Source: Thermoanaerobaculia bacterium
GTDB taxonomy: Bacteria > Acidobacteriota > Thermoanaerobaculia > Gp7-AA8
DNA: 35,322 bases
NCBI GenBank assembly: GCA_049586115.1
Contig: JBAVBF010000589.1
Coordinates: forward strand, 1 to 35,322
Direction of reading: 5' to 3'
Shown here: piece by piece, positions 1 through 9,742 of the stretch
How the letters are laid out: each line of letters opens with the position of its first letter
Numbering within the stretch: position 1 is the stretch's first letter
Made by a program: the position numbers and the translations under genes
The notes under the pieces: model-generated
What the model was told of the DNA's origin: nothing
Database searches by the model: none
What the model saw: the letters and a program-made list of their open reading frames with translations, nothing else

Positions 1-529
1 GGACGGCGACGAGCATGACGGTGGCGTCGAGCGGATGCTGCGAGAGCACGCGCGCGACTTCCACAATCACGGCGACACCGGATGCATCGTCGTCCGCGCC
101 CGGAGCATCGAGCGTCGCGTTCATGACGTCGGAGTTGATCGAATCGTAGTGGCCGGTTGCGATGTAGATGCGATCGGGATCGGTAGTGCCCTTGATCGTG
201 GCCACGACATTGATCATCTCCACCGGCACGTTCTTCGTCCGCGCCGCCTGCTGCATCGACGACTGATACGCGACCGTCATCCGCCCATTACTCGCCGCCG
301 CGACGCGCGAAAGCTCGTCGAAAATCCAGCGCCGCGCCGCACCGATTCCCCGCGTATCCGAAGTCGTATCCGAAAGCGTGTGGCGCGTTCCGAACGAGAC
401 GAGCTTGTCGACCGTCTGCTTCATCCGCGCGGCATCGAGCTGCCCGACGATGCCGGCAACGTCGGCGCATTGGGCGTGAAGGCCGGCGGTGGTGAGGAGG
501 AGAGCGATCGCGACGACGATTCTGCGCAT
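1..529 (-). CDS. M28-family zinc peptidase, N-terminal portion (rest of the gene lies beyond the left edge)
   Basis: Truncated ORF absent from the track. Reverse-complement translation from the ATG at 529-527 gives a signal-peptide-like MRRIVVAIALLLTTAGLHAQ. It continues ...GTRHTLSDTTSDTRGIGAARRWIFDEL...NVVATIKGTTDPDRIYIATGHYDS...APGADDDASGVAVIVEVARVL, matching the H-x-D and GADDDASG metal-ligand blocks typical of M28 peptidases. Confidence 0.7.
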   Translation of the reverse strand, partial: MRRIVVAIALLLTTAGLHAQCADVAGIVGQLDAARMKQTVDKLVSFGTRHTLSDTTSDTRGIGAARRWIFDELSRVAAASNGRMTVAYQSSMQQAARTKNVPVEMINVVATIKGTTDPDRIYIATGHYDSINSDVMNATLDAPGADDDASGVAVIVEVARVLSQHPLDATVMLVAV

Positions 530-548
530 CGCCGTATCGTACGCGACC

Positions 549-902
549 CTATTCAGCGATATCGTTCACGATTCGTTCGAGGGTCGCTACGAGCTTGGGT
601 ATCTCGAGCTCCACGAGATTCCAGACAAGATCATCGTCGACGTCACCGTAGTCATGAATCAGCACGTTGCGCTGGCCGACAATTTTTCTCCACGGGATTT
701 CCGGATGCGCGGCGCGCGTCGAATCGGAAATGTGGGTCGCCACTTCGCCGATTAACTCCGTGGCTCGTTCGACGGCGCGCCGAAGCACCACGTCGTTTTC
801 GTAGTCAGAATAGGAACGTCCCTGCGTGAATGTGAGGACTTCTCTCGCGAACTTAAGCATGTCGGCGAGGTACGCCGCCTCGCCTCGCTCCTTACGCGGC
901 AT
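549..902 (-). CDS. hepT: HepT-like (DUF86) HEPN ribonuclease toxin
   Basis: 117 aa. Contains the Rx4H HEPN motif followed by Y (GQRNVLIHDYGDVD). Overlaps the upstream nucleotidyltransferase gene by 11 nt, the classic MntA-HepT arrangement. Confidence 0.85.
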   Translation of the reverse strand: MPRKERGEAAYLADMLKFAREVLTFTQGRSYSDYENDVVLRRAVERATELIGEVATHISDSTRAAHPEIPWRKIVGQRNVLIHDYGDVDDDLVWNLVELEIPKLVATLERIVNDIAE

Positions 903-1206
903 AGAGCACTCGTGCGGTCGTCAGGATCTCACGGCGCCGGAATGGATTCTTGAGAGCTCGTTTCGATAATAAGTCCGCCTTGCGGCCGAACAACTGCGAC
1001 AGCTCATCCTGCATATCGACGAAGTCGAACAGAGTCCAGCGTGTGCCGTCTTCGAAGGTCACCATCACGTCGACGTCGCTGTCGTCGCGAAACTCTTCGG
1101 GTCGAAGCACGGAGCCGAAAAGACTCAATTCCGCGATTCTCCACTTTCGACAGAAGCGGGTGATGGCGTCTCCGTCAATTGCGATCGCTGTCGTTAGTTT
1201 CTTCAT
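892..1206 (-). CDS. mntA: MntA-like minimal nucleotidyltransferase antitoxin
   Basis: Has the GS...DxD nucleotidyltransferase signature (LFGSVLRPEEFRDDSDVDVMV). The ATG at 1206 (MKKLTTA...) is preceded by AGGGA. The track ORF extends to a GTG at 1224. Confidence 0.85.
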   Translation of the reverse strand: MKKLTTAIAIDGDAITRFCRKWRIAELSLFGSVLRPEEFRDDSDVDVMVTFEDGTRWTLFDFVDMQDELSQLFGRKADLLSKRALKNPFRRREILTTARVLYAA

Positions 1207-1268
1207 ACGTCCCTGGCGTCGCACATCCTAACGCCGCTCCCGATCGGCGCTACCATCATGCGCATCCA

Positions 1269-4202
1269 ATGTCCGTTCGCCGCGTTGCGCTGATCGTATT
1301 GTTGCTGGCTGCCGTGCCGGCGGCGGCTCGCGTGTTGCCGGCGGGCATTCGGCCGTTTCGGACGTATGGCACCGAGGCGGGGTTGGGGAATCTGGCGGCG
1401 ATGCGGATGGCGCAGGACACAGCCGGATTTCTCTGGGTTGCGACGCAGGATGGCGTCTATCGCTACGACGGCAATCGCTTCGCGCGATTCGGACTGGCCG
1501 AGGGGCTGCCGTCGAGTTATGTGGCCAACGTGCAGGCCGCGCCGGACGGATCGGTTTGGGTGATCACGTACGGCGGACTGGCGCGTTTCGATGGGCGGCG
1601 GTTCAACGCCGTCGCAGCGCCGCAGCCGAACGCGATTTCGATCGATGACGCGAACAACGTCTGGATTGCGACGTCGCGCGGAGTTTTTCGCGGCGCCGCG
1701 AAGGATGCGTTTGCGAAGATCGACGGATGGCCCGACGAAGAGGCGACGGCCATCTGGTTCGATCAATCCGCGCACGCGGTCGTCGCCGCTTCCGCGAATC
1801 ACATCGGCCGTTTCGCGAATGGCGGCTGGACGTTCTGGACGAGTCCATCCAACGAACGGATCGACGCCATCGTCGTCGATCGTCAGCACACGATCTGGAT
1901 TCGCTCCGCCGCGCATCTCTGGGCCAAAGCAGAACGCGACACTGCATTTCACGACGAAAGCCGCGAGCTGCCGGCGACGAGCACCAGCGGCTATCTCGAC
2001 GTCGACCGGCGCGGCAATCTCTGGGTTCCGACCGATCGCGGCGTCGCCACGCACGACGACAACGGCTGGAGCGTCATCGGTGCGGCCGAGGGGCTGCCGG
2101 TGGAGTGGGCGCGCGACGTTCTCGAAGATCGCGAGGGTTCGATCTGGATCGCCAGCCTCGGCGTGCATCGCATGCTCGGGCGCGGCGAGTTGACCACATA
2201 CGATCGCCGGTCCGGTCTGCCGAACGCCGTGATCTGGTGTTTCGTCTGGGATCGCGCCGGCCGCCTTCTCGTCGGCACCGACCTCGGCCTCGCGCGTTCG
2301 ACGCCGACTGGCTGGGAGACGGTTCCGGGCACGGCCGGACATCAGATTCGATCGGTGATCGAGGAACCGGACGGCACTCTTTGGATGGCGGGAAGTCCCG
2401 CCGAAGTTTTGCGCGTCAGCGGCGACGTTCGCGCGTATCCGATGGCCGGACGCACCATCCTCAAACTCGTTCGCGACAACGACGGCGCGCTCTGGGCGGC
2501 CACGCGCGGCGCCGGTCTTCTGCACAAGGCAGCGAATGAGGATGGGTTCACTCGCGTCGCCGTTCCGAACGGCACCTCGGACGAAACCTTCCGCTGGCTT
2601 TTGATCGATTCGCGCGGCCGGCTGTGGGCCGCCGGTGAGCACGGCATCGCCTGTCTCGATCGCGGAATCTGGCGACGCTACACGACGCGCGACGGTCTCG
2701 CGCACAACCACGCCGCGTACATCGCCGAGACCGCGTCCGGCGATTTTCTGGCCACGTACTTCGAGCCGCTGGGCATGGTCCGCTTTTCGATCGACGGCGG
2801 CGCGGCGATACACATCGTCGATCATCTCGACGCCAGCCGCGGACTTTCGTCGAGCAAGATCTTTCTGGTTGGCGAGGACGCGCGTCATCGTTTGTGGGTC
2901 GGTACCGGAGTCGGCGTCGATCTCGTGAATGGTCCGCTCATCGAGCACCTCGGCATGGCTGACGGACTGGCCGGCGACGACGTTGACGCCATGGCCTTCC
3001 TCGCGCAGCCGGACGGGGAAGTGTTCCTCGGCACGAGCTCCGGATTCAGCCACTACGTCCCGCGCGCCGACGCGCCGCGCGTGGAGCCGCCGCCGGTACG
3101 CATCACGTCGTCCGCTATCGGCGCAAAGCACGACTTCTCCGCATCATTCGCCGCGCTGACCTATCTCAAACAGGATCTGATCGAATATCAGGTTCGCCTG
3201 GTCGGACTCGAAGACGAATGGCGCCCCGCGGTTTCGCGCGACGTTCGCTACGCGATGCTCGCGCCGGGGCAGTACCGTTTCGAGGCGCGCGCGCGGCTGC
3301 GTCCCGGCACGTGGAGCGCGCCGGTGTCGGTGCCGTTCACGATCGCGCCGGCATGGTGGCAGACGTGGTGGGCGCGCGCTCTTGGAATCGTGGCGATCCT
3401 CGCGCTGATCGTCCTCGCCCATCGCGCGCGCGTCGCTCTCCTGCGCCGCCGCAACCGCGAGCTCGAAGCGCTCGTCGCGCAACGGACGCACGAACTGGCC
3501 GACGTCAATACGCGGTTGTTGGACCTGAGCGTCACCGATGCGCTGACGGGCATGAAGAACCGGCGCTACCTCGATCTCTGCATGCCCGAGTACATGGCCG
3601 ACGCGCTGCGCCGGCATGAGTCGCTGTCGCGGACGGGCATCGATCCGGCGCGCGAAAACGCCGACCTGCTCTTCTTCCTGCTCGACCTCGATCGCTTCAA
3701 AGAAATCAACGACCGCTTCGGCCATGCTGCCGGTGACCGCGTGCTCGTCGACATTCACGAACTGTTGAAGACGACCATGCGTGACACCGACACGCTCGTG
3801 CGCTGGGGCGGCGAGGAGTTCCTGCTCGTGGCGCGCAATTCGTCGCGCCACGAAGCCGCGGCGATCGCCGAACGGATTCGCGGCGCCATCGCCAATCACG
3901 CGTTCATCGTCGGACGGCGTACGACGTCGCTGAGACTGACCTGCTCGATCGGCTTCGCCGCCTTCCCCTTCCTCCCGCTTGACCGCACCCGCTTCGGATG
4001 GCAGGAGGTTCTGGACGTCGCCGACACCTGCCTCTACGCCGCCAAACACGCCGGCCGCAATCGCACGGTCGGCGTCATCGGCGGAGAAAGCCGCGATCCC
4101 GGAACGCTGGTCCAACGAATCCGCCAATCACTCGATGAGGTTGTCGCCACGGGCGAAGTAACGTTAGCCACAAACGGCGACGCGACCGCGATCGCGGTAT
4201 GA
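1269..4202 (+). CDS. Sensor diguanylate cyclase: signal peptide + Reg_prop beta-propeller repeats + Y_Y_Y domain + TM helix + GGDEF domain
   Basis: Starting at MSVRRVALIVLLLAAVPAAA (ATG 1269) gives a signal peptide. Repeated W-containing propeller blades (GFLWVATQDGVYRYDG, VWVITYGGLARFDG, IWIASLGVHRM...). Y_Y_Y-like IEYQVRLVGLEDEWRP...GQYRFEARA, then a TM helix (ALGIVAILALIVLA). GGEEF active site with the RxxD I-site (RDTD) five residues upstream. Confidence 0.9.
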   Translation: MSVRRVALIVLLLAAVPAAARVLPAGIRPFRTYGTEAGLGNLAAMRMAQDTAGFLWVATQDGVYRYDGNRFARFGLAEGLPSSYVANVQAAPDGSVWVITYGGLARFDGRRFNAVAAPQPNAISIDDANNVWIATSRGVFRGAAKDAFAKIDGWPDEEATAIWFDQSAHAVVAASANHIGRFANGGWTFWTSPSNERIDAIVVDRQHTIWIRSAAHLWAKAERDTAFHDESRELPATSTSGYLDVDRRGNLWVPTDRGVATHDDNGWSVIGAAEGLPVEWARDVLEDREGSIWIASLGVHRMLGRGELTTYDRRSGLPNAVIWCFVWDRAGRLLVGTDLGLARSTPTGWETVPGTAGHQIRSVIEEPDGTLWMAGSPAEVLRVSGDVRAYPMAGRTILKLVRDNDGALWAATRGAGLLHKAANEDGFTRVAVPNGTSDETFRWLLIDSRGRLWAAGEHGIACLDRGIWRRYTTRDGLAHNHAAYIAETASGDFLATYFEPLGMVRFSIDGGAAIHIVDHLDASRGLSSSKIFLVGEDARHRLWVGTGVGVDLVNGPLIEHLGMADGLAGDDVDAMAFLAQPDGEVFLGTSSGFSHYVPRADAPRVEPPPVRITSSAIGAKHDFSASFAALTYLKQDLIEYQVRLVGLEDEWRPAVSRDVRYAMLAPGQYRFEARARLRPGTWSAPVSVPFTIAPAWWQTWWARALGIVAILALIVLAHRARVALLRRRNRELEALVAQRTHELADVNTRLLDLSVTDALTGMKNRRYLDLCMPEYMADALRRHESLSRTGIDPARENADLLFFLLDLDRFKEINDRFGHAAGDRVLVDIHELLKTTMRDTDTLVRWGGEEFLLVARNSSRHEAAAIAERIRGAIANHAFIVGRRTTSLRLTCSIGFAAFPFLPLDRTRFGWQEVLDVADTCLYAAKHAGRNRTVGVIGGESRDPGTLVQRIRQSLDEVVATGEVTLATNGDATAIAV

Positions 4203-4285
4203 CTCTGCCTTTCTCCGTCCCTCCGCGTCTCCGCGTGAACCCGTCCCCTCTCGCATTCCGCGAAAGAACGTAAACTACCGCCCCA

Positions 4286-6595
4286 GTGGACGCAGATGAA
4301 CTGCAAAAACTCCTGACGGATCATGAGACGTGGCTCAGCAGCCACGGAAGTCGCGGCGCGAGAGCAGAACTCGCAGCAGCGGACCTTCGCGATACAACGC
4401 TTCGTAGTACCAACCTGCGCAAGGCGAACCTCACCAGTGCGAACCTCAGTGGGAGAGACCTTTTCGGAACGTCTCTCGTTGAGGCCGATCTTCGGGGAGC
4501 CGACCTTACCGATGTAACGGGCCTCTGCTCTCAACAGGTCGCCGGAGCCAACCTGTCCGGAGCCAAACTGTCCGGGACTGTCGCGATATCGGATGGGCTG
4601 GCCCAGGTCAGCGAGCTTTCAAAGAATACGGCAAGGACGTTCGTCTTTCTCATCCTTGCCTGCGTTTATTGCTGGTTGACAATCGCCACAACCAGTGACG
4701 CTCGGTTGCTCACGAATTTCGTCTCTACGCCGCTTCCGGTCATTCAGGCGGCGATTCCGCTCTACCTGTTTTACCTGATCGTGCCGGTGATTCTTCTGGC
4801 TTTGTATTTGTACCTGCATTTACAACTACTCGATCTATGGCAGGAGGTCGCCGAAGTCCCCGCGATTTTTCCAGACGGCAGATCAATCAGTCAAAAAATC
4901 CACCCATGGCTTCTTGCTGTACTGGTAAGTAGCCTGATGCCCGCGCGCCCCAATGACCGCACTCCACGTTTTCTGGCGGCCGTCATCTCACATGTACTTA
5001 CGTGGTGGCTCTTTCCGGTTACGCTGGCGATCTTCTGGCTGCGCTATCTTCCGAGACACGATCTGATCGGATCGTCAGTTCAAGCCGGATTGCTTGGATT
5101 GGCGAGTTTCCTGGGGATATGGTCGCAGCAGCGCGCGCTGCGATTGCTTTCTCGTGAGCGACGCAGCTCCATCGCTGCCGCGGCGGCCGTTGGCCTCACT
5201 GTGTTCGCCGGTTGCCTGACCGTCTCCTATGGCGCCATCACCGGCGTCAATGAAGCGGCTGAGGAAAATCGCACGCCAGTGGGGCCGGTGAGCGGGTCCG
5301 ATGTGCTGACATACCTGAGAACTGGCATTCCGGAGCTCTTGTCGAAGGTGGGCGGACGTGCCTTTGCGGACATGAAAGATGCAGTCGTCTCGAACCGTCC
5401 CAACGCCGTGTCGTTCAGTCCTGCGCCGCTGTTGACGTCCCCGCATGGTGATTCATTAGTCAGAGAAACGATCAACGACGATGCACTTCGCGGCGTCCTC
5501 GGCGCTGACTTGCGCGGCAAAGATCTGCGGTACGCAAACGCGAGAGGCGCCTTTCTGGTTCGCGCCGATTTGACCAGGGTAAACCTGCGCGGCGCCGATC
5601 TTTCCTTGACCTACCTTCAGGAAGCGAATCTCGAGGATGCCAATCTGCGGATGGCGTATCTCTCCAAGGCTCAGATGGATCGGGCGGACCTGAAGGCTGC
5701 ACGGATGCAGGACGCGTATCTCGGTGACGCGCGGATGCAGCGAGCCGACCTTCGCAGCGCCCAGCTGACCGATGCGATCCTCGTCGACGCTGACCTTCAG
5801 GACGCCGATCTGACTTTTGCGCAACTCGATGGAGCGATCTTATCGAACGCGAACCTCGCCAATGCCGTGTTGTTCGGGACGTCGTTGCATGGCGCGAATC
5901 TGGAATTCGCACGAAATCTCACACAGGCCCAGATCAACGATGCCTTTACTGACTGCTCAACCATCCTTCCTGTCGGGATGACGCGGCCGTTGCCGTGCCC
6001 AACGCCGGCATCGGCAGGTGCCGCCGCTGATTCACGTTGCCGAATCGCCGAAAAACTTCCTGTAATGCACAACGGCATGTATACGGTCACGCTGAAGAGC
6101 GATGCGTCGACCTGTTCTGTCGTCCTGGGAACGCCGGGAGGAGCGCCGAAAGACATCGTCCGGGCGCTCGATAAGGCTCCGGCAAATGTCCGTGATCTTC
6201 CATTTCGACCGGTTGTCGCTGGAAGGTTCTATACGTTTACGCCGATCCCGCCTGGTGCGCCCAGAGGCACACAGGTCGTAAACGTTCCTCCTGGCGATGG
6301 GCGCAGCGGCTATTTTCGCGTTGCGTTTATCGCGCCTGAAGGATTTTCCCGTGTCCAGCTCCGGGGATTGGCGAACGCCGACGACACAGGCAGAGTTTTC
6401 TTGAACGGCACGGCAATTTCGCCGTCGCTATTTTCGCCGGACGCGATTACGGAGTTTGGCAACGTATCGTTCTCTGTGAACAATACCGCGTTGTTCAAGC
6501 CCGGCGCGGTCAATGAGATCCTGATCTCGGATTTGAATACCGGCGCAGGTCCGAGCGGCGCCGCCTTCTACTTCACCATTACATTTCGCAAGTAA
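4286..6595 (+). CDS. Membrane pentapeptide-repeat protein (N- and C-terminal pentapeptide blocks flanking a multi-TM region, plus a C-terminal beta-rich domain)
   Basis: GTG start. A(D/N)LxX repeats at both ends (ANLTSANLSGRDLFGTSLVEADLRGADLTD; ADLRSAQLTDAILVDADLQDADLTFAQLDGAILSNANLANAVLFGTSLHGANL). About 5-6 hydrophobic helices lie between them. The last 200 aa or so have no recognisable motif. Confidence 0.85.
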   Translation: MDADELQKLLTDHETWLSSHGSRGARAELAAADLRDTTLRSTNLRKANLTSANLSGRDLFGTSLVEADLRGADLTDVTGLCSQQVAGANLSGAKLSGTVAISDGLAQVSELSKNTARTFVFLILACVYCWLTIATTSDARLLTNFVSTPLPVIQAAIPLYLFYLIVPVILLALYLYLHLQLLDLWQEVAEVPAIFPDGRSISQKIHPWLLAVLVSSLMPARPNDRTPRFLAAVISHVLTWWLFPVTLAIFWLRYLPRHDLIGSSVQAGLLGLASFLGIWSQQRALRLLSRERRSSIAAAAAVGLTVFAGCLTVSYGAITGVNEAAEENRTPVGPVSGSDVLTYLRTGIPELLSKVGGRAFADMKDAVVSNRPNAVSFSPAPLLTSPHGDSLVRETINDDALRGVLGADLRGKDLRYANARGAFLVRADLTRVNLRGADLSLTYLQEANLEDANLRMAYLSKAQMDRADLKAARMQDAYLGDARMQRADLRSAQLTDAILVDADLQDADLTFAQLDGAILSNANLANAVLFGTSLHGANLEFARNLTQAQINDAFTDCSTILPVGMTRPLPCPTPASAGAAADSRCRIAEKLPVMHNGMYTVTLKSDASTCSVVLGTPGGAPKDIVRALDKAPANVRDLPFRPVVAGRFYTFTPIPPGAPRGTQVVNVPPGDGRSGYFRVAFIAPEGFSRVQLRGLANADDTGRVFLNGTAISPSLFSPDAITEFGNVSFSVNNTALFKPGAVNEILISDLNTGAGPSGAAFYFTITFRK

Positions 6596-6611
6596 CGAAG
6601 CGGGGAGACCG

Positions 6612-8276
6612 CTACGGCTCGCGGCTGTTGAGCCGCGTCTCCCACCGTTCGTCGTTCACGCGCCACTTCTCGCCGTCGCGGATGAGTTGATACGTCCACG
6701 TTCCGTACGTGCGCGAGGAAATCTGGCCGCGGATTTCCACCGTCGCCGCCTCCCCGGTCGCGTAACCGTGCACGAGCTTCGGATGCACGGGCCGGATCGA
6801 CTTCCACAGTTTGAAATCGACGTCGTCGAATGATTTGAACACCGAGGCCGCCTTCATCGCCCCGAGATCCTCGCGCTGGATTGCATCGAGCCAGACGAAG
6901 CAGGTTTGCACCGGCGGATCGCTTTCGCGCACCGGCTGGCCTTTCGATTCCGTGACGGTGTCGTCTTTCGCGCCGGCGTCGCGGAGGATGCGCACTACGT
7001 CCAGTTTCTCCGCGTCGAGCGCTTGTGTCAGCGCCGTCGAATGCCATTTCGTGCTGAGCGTGTCCAGCTTCGCTCCCGCGTTGACGAGCGCGCGAACGAC
7101 TTCGGTACGCCCGGCACTGGCCTGCTGCATCAGCACTGTCTGGCCGTCGCCGTCGGCGGCGTTCACGTCCGCGCCGTGCGCGATCAGCCAGCGCGCCATT
7201 GCCGCGTCCTGCGCAACGGCAAGCGTCGTGCGGCCGCCGGTGTCGTGGACATCGACGCCCGTGCCGTTCTCGAACAGTTTCTGCACCGTTGTTAGATTGC
7301 CGTTGCTCACGGCGTCGACCATCTCGTCGCCATGGATCGAGTGTTTCGCCATCGGCGTTCCGGCGAAGAGCTTCGATTTTCCGGCCGAGATCTGCAGCAG
7401 TGTGTACACCGCGCCATTCACCGCCGCCGCGAAGATCAGACCTCCGATCAGGCCGCCGATGCATTTGCGCCAAAGTCCGCTCACGATTTTCTGCGGATCG
7501 CCTTGCAGCAGCCGGATTGCGCCGCCGGCCGGTGGAATGAGACCGTGTTTCGCGGCCGACCAGCGGCCGATCGCGCAGACCTGATCGCCGGGCGCCACGA
7601 TCTGTTCGCGCAGATCTTTGTCCGACAGGTCGCGGTCCTCGGTCATCTTCCAGTCCTTGCGGAACTGGCCGTCGTCGTCGGTCAGCAGCTCCTTGATCTC
7701 GTGGAAGATCGTGCCGGGATGAAAGCCCTGCATGTCCTTCAACGCCGTCGCTTCGAGATACGCCGCTGCGTTCTTCCGTCCGTCGTCCGTGCTGTACGGC
7801 TTTTTCGGAAATCCCTCCAGCATCGGAAAGCCGAGGATGCGCACCGAGCCATGCGGCGAATCGATGGCGCAGGGCGCCAGCGCGAAACCGGAATAATCCA
7901 TCACATTCGTGGAGTCATGGGAACTTTGCGAAATGTGGTCGATGTCGTAGCCGTAGAGAACCGCCGCGTTTCCGCTGAACGGGGCGCGAAGAGTCGACCC
8001 GACCGCGCGGATGTGCCCGACCACCGTCACGATCGCGTCGTCCTCGAACTGTTCGCCGCCGTAGCCGCCGAACGATGACTCGCTCGACACGCGCATTGCG
8101 TCGCGCGCCGAGGTCACCGAGCCTTGCAACATCGAGACGGCGATCCACATGAAGAAGCTGGCCAGGCCGGTCGCCCACCAGAATGCGGGCGGCTCGATAT
8201 GGCCGTGCAGTACGTACCAGTAGCCGCCGAAACAGGCGGCCAGGATCAGGAGGCTGATCAGACATCCGCGCTTCAT
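6612..8276 (-). CDS. Membrane-anchored ankyrin-repeat protein
   Basis: N-terminal hydrophobic helices (CLISLLILAACFGGYWYV; WWATGLASFFMWIAVSML) and an internal TM (GLIGGLIFAAAVNGAVYTLL). Ankyrin-type repeats follow (GRTTLAVAQDAAMARWLIAHGADVNAADGDGQTVLMQQASAGRTEVVRALVNAGAKLD). Confidence 0.8.
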   Translation of the reverse strand: MKRGCLISLLILAACFGGYWYVLHGHIEPPAFWWATGLASFFMWIAVSMLQGSVTSARDAMRVSSESSFGGYGGEQFEDDAIVTVVGHIRAVGSTLRAPFSGNAAVLYGYDIDHISQSSHDSTNVMDYSGFALAPCAIDSPHGSVRILGFPMLEGFPKKPYSTDDGRKNAAAYLEATALKDMQGFHPGTIFHEIKELLTDDDGQFRKDWKMTEDRDLSDKDLREQIVAPGDQVCAIGRWSAAKHGLIPPAGGAIRLLQGDPQKIVSGLWRKCIGGLIGGLIFAAAVNGAVYTLLQISAGKSKLFAGTPMAKHSIHGDEMVDAVSNGNLTTVQKLFENGTGVDVHDTGGRTTLAVAQDAAMARWLIAHGADVNAADGDGQTVLMQQASAGRTEVVRALVNAGAKLDTLSTKWHSTALTQALDAEKLDVVRILRDAGAKDDTVTESKGQPVRESDPPVQTCFVWLDAIQREDLGAMKAASVFKSFDDVDFKLWKSIRPVHPKLVHGYATGEAATVEIRGQISSRTYGTWTYQLIRDGEKWRVNDERWETRLNSREP

Positions 8277-8334
8277 GATTGTGGCGAACGCGGCGATTGT
8301 ACTCGCGGCATTCGTCCCCTACACTGCCGCGCAC

Positions 8335-9735
8335 ATGGCACTTCCGAAAGTCTCGCTTACGCAGAAGATCTTCATCGGTCTGGCGATCGGTGTGCTCGTC
8401 GGCTGGCTCTGGCCGGCGTACGGGACGATGATGCGGCCGCTCTCGCTGCTGTTTCTGAACCTGATCAAATCGATCATCGCGCCGCTGATTTTCGCGACGC
8501 TCGTGATCGGAATCGCGGGCACCGGCGACATCCGCCAGGTCGGGCGCATCGGATTCAAAGCGCTGCTCTACTTCGAGATCGTGACGACGTTCGCGCTCTT
8601 CATCGGCCTCGGCGCGGTGAACCTGACCAAACCGGGCGTCGGCGTCTCGCTCGCGGGCGTGCACACCGAGGAGAACAAAGCGGTTCTCGCGGATCGCGCG
8701 TCGAAACTTTCGAAAGAATCGTCCGAGGCGGCCGCGCGCGGCGACAGCGCCACAGCCGCCGCGAAAGCATCGCAGGCGGCCGACGCGGTAGGGAAGGGAT
8801 TGACCGCGCCCGACCCGCCGGGCAAGCCGCAGAAATTCGGCGACATCATCGCCCACCTCGCGCCCGCGTCGATTTTGAAAGCGATGGCCGAAGGCGACGT
8901 GCTGCAGATCGTCGTTTTCTCGGTCTTGTTCGCGCTCGCCGTCACTTCGATCGGCGAGAGAGCGCGGCCGGTCGTGCAGTGGTGTGAGTCGCTGGCCGAC
9001 ATCATGTTTCGCTTCACCGAGTTCGTGATGAAGTTCGCGCCGGTCGGCGTTGGCGCCGCCATGGCCAACACCATCGGCCACTCCGGCCTCGGCGTCCTTC
9101 GCAACCTCGGCATGCTCGTGCTGACGCTCTACGGCGCGCTTGTCGTCTTCCTGCTTTGCGTGCTGCTGCCGGTGGCGCTGCTCTTCCGCGTGCCGCTCCG
9201 CGACTTTTTCCGCGCCGTGAAAGTGCCGGCGACGATCGCGTTCGCCACGACCTCATCCGAATCCGCACTGCCGAAGGCGATGGAGAACATGGAGCGCCTC
9301 GGCGTCCCGCGCCGCATCGTCGGCTTCGTCCTTCCGACTGGCTACAGTTTCAATCTCGACGGCACGACACTCTACCTCGCGCTGGCCTCGATCTTCGTCG
9401 CCCAAGCCGCCGGCATCCATCTGACCTGGACGCAGCAGATCGTCATGATGCTCACGCTGATGCTGACGTCGAAAGGCGTCGCCGGCGTTCCGCGCGCGTC
9501 GCTGGTCATTCTCCTCGGCACGCTTGCATCGTTCGGTCTTCCCGCCGAGGGAGTCATCGTGATCCTCGGCGTCGACGAGCTGATGGACATGGCCCGCACC
9601 TGCGTCAACGTCATCGGCAACTGCCTGGCCACGGTGGTCGTAGCGCGCTGGGAAGGCGCGTTCCGCACGAGCGAATGGGTGGCGGAGGAAGCGGAACTGG
9701 AACAGGTTACGGGGCTGCCGGCGATTGCGAGTTGA
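8335..9735 (+). CDS. Dicarboxylate/amino acid:cation symporter (DAACS / GltP-DctA family)
   Basis: Family motifs SSESALP, GYSFNLDGTTLY and VDELMDMARTCVNVIGN. ATG 8335 (MALPKVSLTQKIFIGLAIG) is preferred over the track start at 8275, which overlaps the divergent gene. Carries an Ala/Ser-rich insertion of roughly 70 aa after the third helix. Confidence 0.9.
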   Translation: MALPKVSLTQKIFIGLAIGVLVGWLWPAYGTMMRPLSLLFLNLIKSIIAPLIFATLVIGIAGTGDIRQVGRIGFKALLYFEIVTTFALFIGLGAVNLTKPGVGVSLAGVHTEENKAVLADRASKLSKESSEAAARGDSATAAAKASQAADAVGKGLTAPDPPGKPQKFGDIIAHLAPASILKAMAEGDVLQIVVFSVLFALAVTSIGERARPVVQWCESLADIMFRFTEFVMKFAPVGVGAAMANTIGHSGLGVLRNLGMLVLTLYGALVVFLLCVLLPVALLFRVPLRDFFRAVKVPATIAFATTSSESALPKAMENMERLGVPRRIVGFVLPTGYSFNLDGTTLYLALASIFVAQAAGIHLTWTQQIVMMLTLMLTSKGVAGVPRASLVILLGTLASFGLPAEGVIVILGVDELMDMARTCVNVIGNCLATVVVARWEGAFRTSEWVAEEAELEQVTGLPAIAS

Positions 9736-9742
9736 TACGTCA

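Noticed and set aside
35-829. 264-aa plus-strand ORF
   Set aside because: It is extremely Arg/His-rich with no motifs. It lies antisense to the M28 peptidase and HepT genes, which have clear family signatures. This is a typical high-GC shadow ORF.
1203-4127. Long minus-strand ORFs (1203-3131, 3144-4127) and many shorter ones across the GGDEF gene
   Set aside because: They are Arg/Ala/Gly-rich antisense shadows of a plus-strand gene with unambiguous Reg_prop/Y_Y_Y/GGEEF motifs.
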